From the NCBI RefSeq assembly GCF_963921235.1, contig NC_086097.1, forward strand, positions 131,876,001 through 131,940,000: DNA of 64,000 nucleotides. The letters run 5' to 3'. The stretch is from Mobula hypostoma (Eukaryota). Below are positions 59,922-64,000 of the stretch, piece by piece (the stretch's first letter is position 1; the number at the start of each line of letters is the position of its first letter). The notes beneath the pieces were generated by a model. That model did no database searches, was not told the DNA's origin, and saw only the letters and a program-made list of their open reading frames with translations. A program made the translations under genes and the position numbers.

Positions 59922-62900
59922 AGCCTCCTATATGTCTGGGACAAACAGTAGGGACGCCGTTTTTTGGTCGACACCGGAGCGGAGATCAGCGTCTTACCTC
60001 CAACGAGTTACGACACCCGCAACAGAGAACCGGGACCCACCCTGAAGGCCACAAATGGCAGCACAATATGAACCTACAGCACCCACACGGTGCGGCTACA
60101 GTTCTGCTCTAGCCGGTTCACGTGGGACTTCACACTGGCCGCCGTGGCCCAACCACTCCTGGGGGCGGATTTTCTACGAGCTCACAGCCTGCTGGTCGAC
60201 CTGCAAGGGAAGCGATTAGTTCACGCCAAGACTTTTCAAATGTTCTCCCTGGGTGAAGCACAGTTGCCAGCCCCACACCTGGACTCCATCACACTGTCCG
60301 ACGACAAATTCACCAGGGTCCTGGCAAATTTCCCATCAGTACTGACACTGCAGTTCATGGCAGCCATGCCCAGACACGGACTACAGCACCACATCCCGAC
60401 CCAGGGACCACCCCTCCATGCCCGTGCTCGAAGGCTTCCCCCGGACAAGCTCCAACTGGCGAAGGAGGAGTTCAAGAAGATGGAGGAATTGAAGATCATA
60501 TGACGGTCCGACAGCCCATGGGCCTCCCCCCTTCACATGGTGCCCAAGGCAACGGGGGGCTGGAGACCATGCAGTGACTACCGCAGACTTAACGAGGCTA
60601 CAACGCCAGACCGCTATCCTGTGCCGCACATTCAAGACTTCGCAGCAAACCAACACGACGCAAGGATCTTTTCCAAGGTAGACCTCATCCGGGGATACCA
60701 TCAAGTCCCAGTACATCTGGACGACATCCCCAAAACAGCACTCATCACCCCGTTTGGACTTTTCGAATTCCTTCGAATGCCGTTCGGTCTAAAAAATGCC
60801 GCACAGATGTTCCAGTGGTTAATGGACGCGGTGGGACGCGACCTGGACTTTGCATTCATCTATTTGGACGACATCCTCATAGCCAGCAGTAGTCGGCAGG
60901 AGCATCTGTCCCACCTCCGCCAGCTCTACTCCCGCCTTAGTGAATTCGGCCTTACAATCAACCCAGCCAAATGCCAGTTCGGACTCGATACCATCAACTT
61001 CCTGGGCCACAGGATTACTAAAGATGGGGCAACCCTGCTGCCCGCCAAGGTAGACGCGGTCTACCACTTCCCCCGACCCAACACAATCAAAGGCCTGCAG
61101 GAATTCGTGGGTATGGTGAATTTCTACCACCGTTTCCTCCCCTCAGCAGCCCGAACCATGCGCCCCCTGTTCACCCTGATGTCGGGTAAGGGCAAGGACA
61201 TTACCTGGGACGAAGAGGCCGCAGTTGCTTTCGTTAAAACCAAAGAAGCCTTGGCAAACGCCGCGATGCAAGTGCACCCCAGAACAGACGTTCCTACTGC
61301 CCTCATGGTGCATGCATCCAACACAGCAGTCGGTGGAGTGCTGGAACAACTCATCGAGGGTCGCTGACAACCCCTGGCATTCTTCAGCAAACACCTACGA
61401 CCACCCGAACTCAAATACAGTGCTCTCAACCGGGAGGTATTGGCACTATACCTGGCAAGCCGGCATTTCAGGTACTTCTTAGAAGGTAGGCCCTTCACCG
61501 TGTTCACAGGCCACAGACCGCTTACTTTTGCGTTCATGAAGGTGTCCGACCCCTGGTCGTCCCGCCAGCAGCAACATCTGTCCTACATCTCTGAGTACAC
61601 GACGGACATCCGGCATGTCTCAGGAAAGGACAACGTCATGGCTGAGGCATTACCCAGACCTACCATACAGGCCCTGTCCCAGGGGGTGGACTATGCAGCG
61701 CTGGCAGAGGCACAGCAGGCAGACGCTGAGATCCCCAGTTACAGGACTGTAGTCTCCAGTTTGCAGCTTCAAGACCTCCCTGTAGGCCCAGGTGAGAGGA
61801 CCCTACTATGTGACGTAGCTACCGGCCAACCCCGCCCCGTCGTCCCAGCAGCCTGGCACCGGCGGGTTTTCGAATCCATTCACAACTTAGCGCACCCCTC
61901 CATCAGGACAACTGTCCGGCTGGTCGCCAACAGGTTCGTGTGGCATGGACTTCGTAAACAGGTCAGTGAATGGGCCAAAACGTGCATGCAGTGCCAAACG
62001 GCCAAGGTGCAGCGGCACACCAAGGCTCCGCTGCAGCAGTTCGAACCCACCCGCCGGAGGTTCGACCACATCCATGTGGATATCGTGGGGCCTCTGCCAG
62101 TGTCACGAGGAGCGCGGTACCTCCTAACTATGATAGACCGGTTCACCAGATAGCCAGAGGCGGTCCCGCTCACCGACACCACCTCCGAATCCTGCGCCCG
62201 AACACTAATCGCAACCTGGGTAGCCGCTTCCGGGTACCGGCCCACATTACCTCCGACAGGGGTGCCCGGTTCACCTCCAGCCTGTGGTCGGCTATGGCCA
62301 GCCATTTAGGATCGCAGCTACACCACACAACTGCCTACCATCCACAGTCGAACGGACTAGTGGAGCGTTTCCACTGTCACCTGAAGTCGGCTCTCATGGC
62401 CCGCCTGGAAGGGCCTAACTGGGTGGACGAACTTCCCTGGGTCCTGCTCGGAATCCGCACGGCGCCCAAGGAGGATCTACACACCTCGTTGGCCGAGTTG
62501 GTGTACGGCGCATGCCTGGTCGTCCCAGGAGAGTTCATACCAGCCCCAAGGGGGCAAGAGGAAGAACCCACAGCAGTCCTGGACAGCCTACGTGACAGGC
62601 TCAGTAACTTGGCCCCCATACCCACTTCACAGCACGGACAGAGCCCAACCTGCGTACCCAAAGACCTGCAGAACCGTAAGTTTGTTTTCGTACGACGGGG
62701 CAGACACTGGACACCACTACAGCGGCCCTACGAGGGGCTGTTTAAGGTGATCAGGAACAACGAGTCCATGTTCGTGCTGGACATTGGGGGAAGAGAGGAG
62801 GTTTTCACGGTGAACCGACTCAAACCGGCCCATGTGGACTTGGCACAGCCGGTCCAGGCTCAGGCACCACGGCGCAGGGGCAGACCTCCCAAACAGAGGC

Positions 62901-62958
62901 TGATCCAGACTGTGGACATTGGGGGAGATATCGCCGGTTCTGCGGGGGGGGGGGTTAA
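59922..62958 (+). pseudogene. Gypsy pol (PR-RT-RNase H-integrase), inactivated
   Basis: FLVDTGA (DTG at 59970), DYRRLN, RMPFGLKNA, YLDD (60861), integrase HNLAHP..C..C, HIHVDIVGPL, ITSDRG, YHPQSNGLVER. Stops at 59949, 60069, 60501, 61365 and 62151; frameshift near 62225. Confidence 0.95.
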
Positions 62959-63244
62959 TGTGGTGACCCACTTTCTAGCACACACGAACCGGCTTACGAA
63001 ACAGTGCGCACAGGCAGAGGGCTGGCCCCAAAAAGGGTGCCAGGCCATCTTCACCGCTGGGGGAAAATCCCGCGCGCGGAAAAGATCTGGGAATATGCAT
63101 TCCCCACAGCAGTCCCACCCAGGGAGGGCGGGAACGGGAAGGCTTTAAAGCAGGCCATGAAGTTTGAATAAATCTCTTTCATCGCAACTCCAACTCACCA
63201 ACTACGTGTGGTTATTTTAGCGCTGTGTGTAGCACACCGCTACA
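62959..63244 (+). repeat. 3' LTR (286 bp)
   Basis: Direct repeat of 58522-58808. Confidence 0.95.
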
Positions 63245-63429
63245 CATCACGATATTTGTGCATATGACAATGCACTCATCTGAGCTCAGGATTTTTATTC
63301 CAGAACTATTTATTGAAATTAAAGTACATGCATATACATGAAGCATCTCTGGTTCAGTAACCTAATCATTCGATTCTTCATTTGAATCAACTTTTGGCTC
63401 TCATTGAGTTTCTCACCACCAGCAACTTC

Positions 63430-63720
63430 TTCCAATACACTGGAAACAAAGAGGCTACAGAGGGTATTGAACTCAGCCAGTTCCATTGTGCGTTTTGCCC
63501 TCCCACCAGCAAGAAATTCCACAAGAGGCAATGCCTCAGGTGGGCGACGTTCTTCATCAGAGACCCACACCATCTGGCTCATGACCTCTTCTCAATGCCA
63601 CCACAAGCAAGAGGTACAGGAACCTGAAGGCCAACTCCTCAAGGGTCAACAACAGCTCCTTCCCCATTGATATCAGGCTCTGGGATGAACCTGTAAAACA
63701 ATAACACCATCTTGGATTAC
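63430..63720 (+). mobile_element. Rex1/Babar 3' fragment
   Basis: KRLQRVLNSASSI; IRDPHHLAHDLFS; NSSFPIDIRL. Confidence 0.65.
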
Positions 63721-64000
63721 ATTTCTTTTTTTCACTCTCAACTTGCACTGGTATTGTTATGCTGTGTGTGTGGCCTCTCCGGTGAAATGATATCGTATTT
63801 GTTAAATAGGGGCCATGCACAATTCTGATTTGATGGAGACAGACATGAGAAGCATGGAGGAACATCTGGAGAAACTTCTGAAATGCCTGGTTCACTGCCA
63901 CTGCTACCGTGCAGTCAAGAATCTCCGGAGGGAAGGCCCAAATCCTTGGCTTTTCCTGTTTCTGGCGGCCGGGGCTGGGGTCAAAACGCTCAGCAAAGAT

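Larger units (their letters stand above)
58522..63244 (+). mobile_element. Near-complete Gypsy LTR retrotransposon
   Basis: LTRs 58522-58808 and 62959-63244 (TGT...ACA), 4-bp TSD CATC (58518-58521, 63245-63248), PBS, G-run PPT 62944-62954, domain order gag-PR-RT-RH-IN. Confidence 0.97.

Noticed and set aside
61970..63148. 392-aa ORF, the longest in the window, as a novel gene
   Set aside because: Only the part after the frameshift near 62225 is real (integrase core and C-terminus). The N-terminus is off-frame pol and the end reads into the LTR.
58522..63244. Endogenous retrovirus, because of the tRNA-Trp PBS
   Set aside because: No env gene; RT and integrase motifs are Gypsy-type.

Overview
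Eukaryotic, AT-biased, repeat-dense window with no recognisable intact host gene. The repeat repertoire (many CR1 subfamilies, HE1-like V-SINEs, Deu-domain SINEs, Rex1, Penelope, RTE, L2, Tx1/L1, Tc1, Tigger, Gypsy) suggests a cartilaginous fish, probably a ray (inference). Three Gypsy LTR elements can be delimited by LTRs, PBS, PPT and TSDs. (i) 25557-28505 (-) lacks RT/RNase H. (ii) In 37977-44104 (+), the RT-RNaseH-integrase block is replaced by an intronless, decayed fragment of the host splicing-factor mRNA RBM25 (about 42705-43560). This is an apparent LTR-mediated host-gene capture, later invaded by a Penelope that was itself invaded by an L1. (iii) 58522-63244 (+) is a near-complete GC-rich element with a tRNA-Trp PBS, interrupted by a CR1 3' end. 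Other highlights: a 225-bp palindromic mini-Penelope with a 14-bp TSD and an intact hammerhead-ribozyme core, a Tigger fragment that looks very close to mammalian Tigger3/MER2 (possible horizontal transfer), several nested insertions, an old local duplication and candidate conserved non-coding elements. Family names come from by-eye motif recognition and recall, not database searches. Boundaries of old fragments are approximate.
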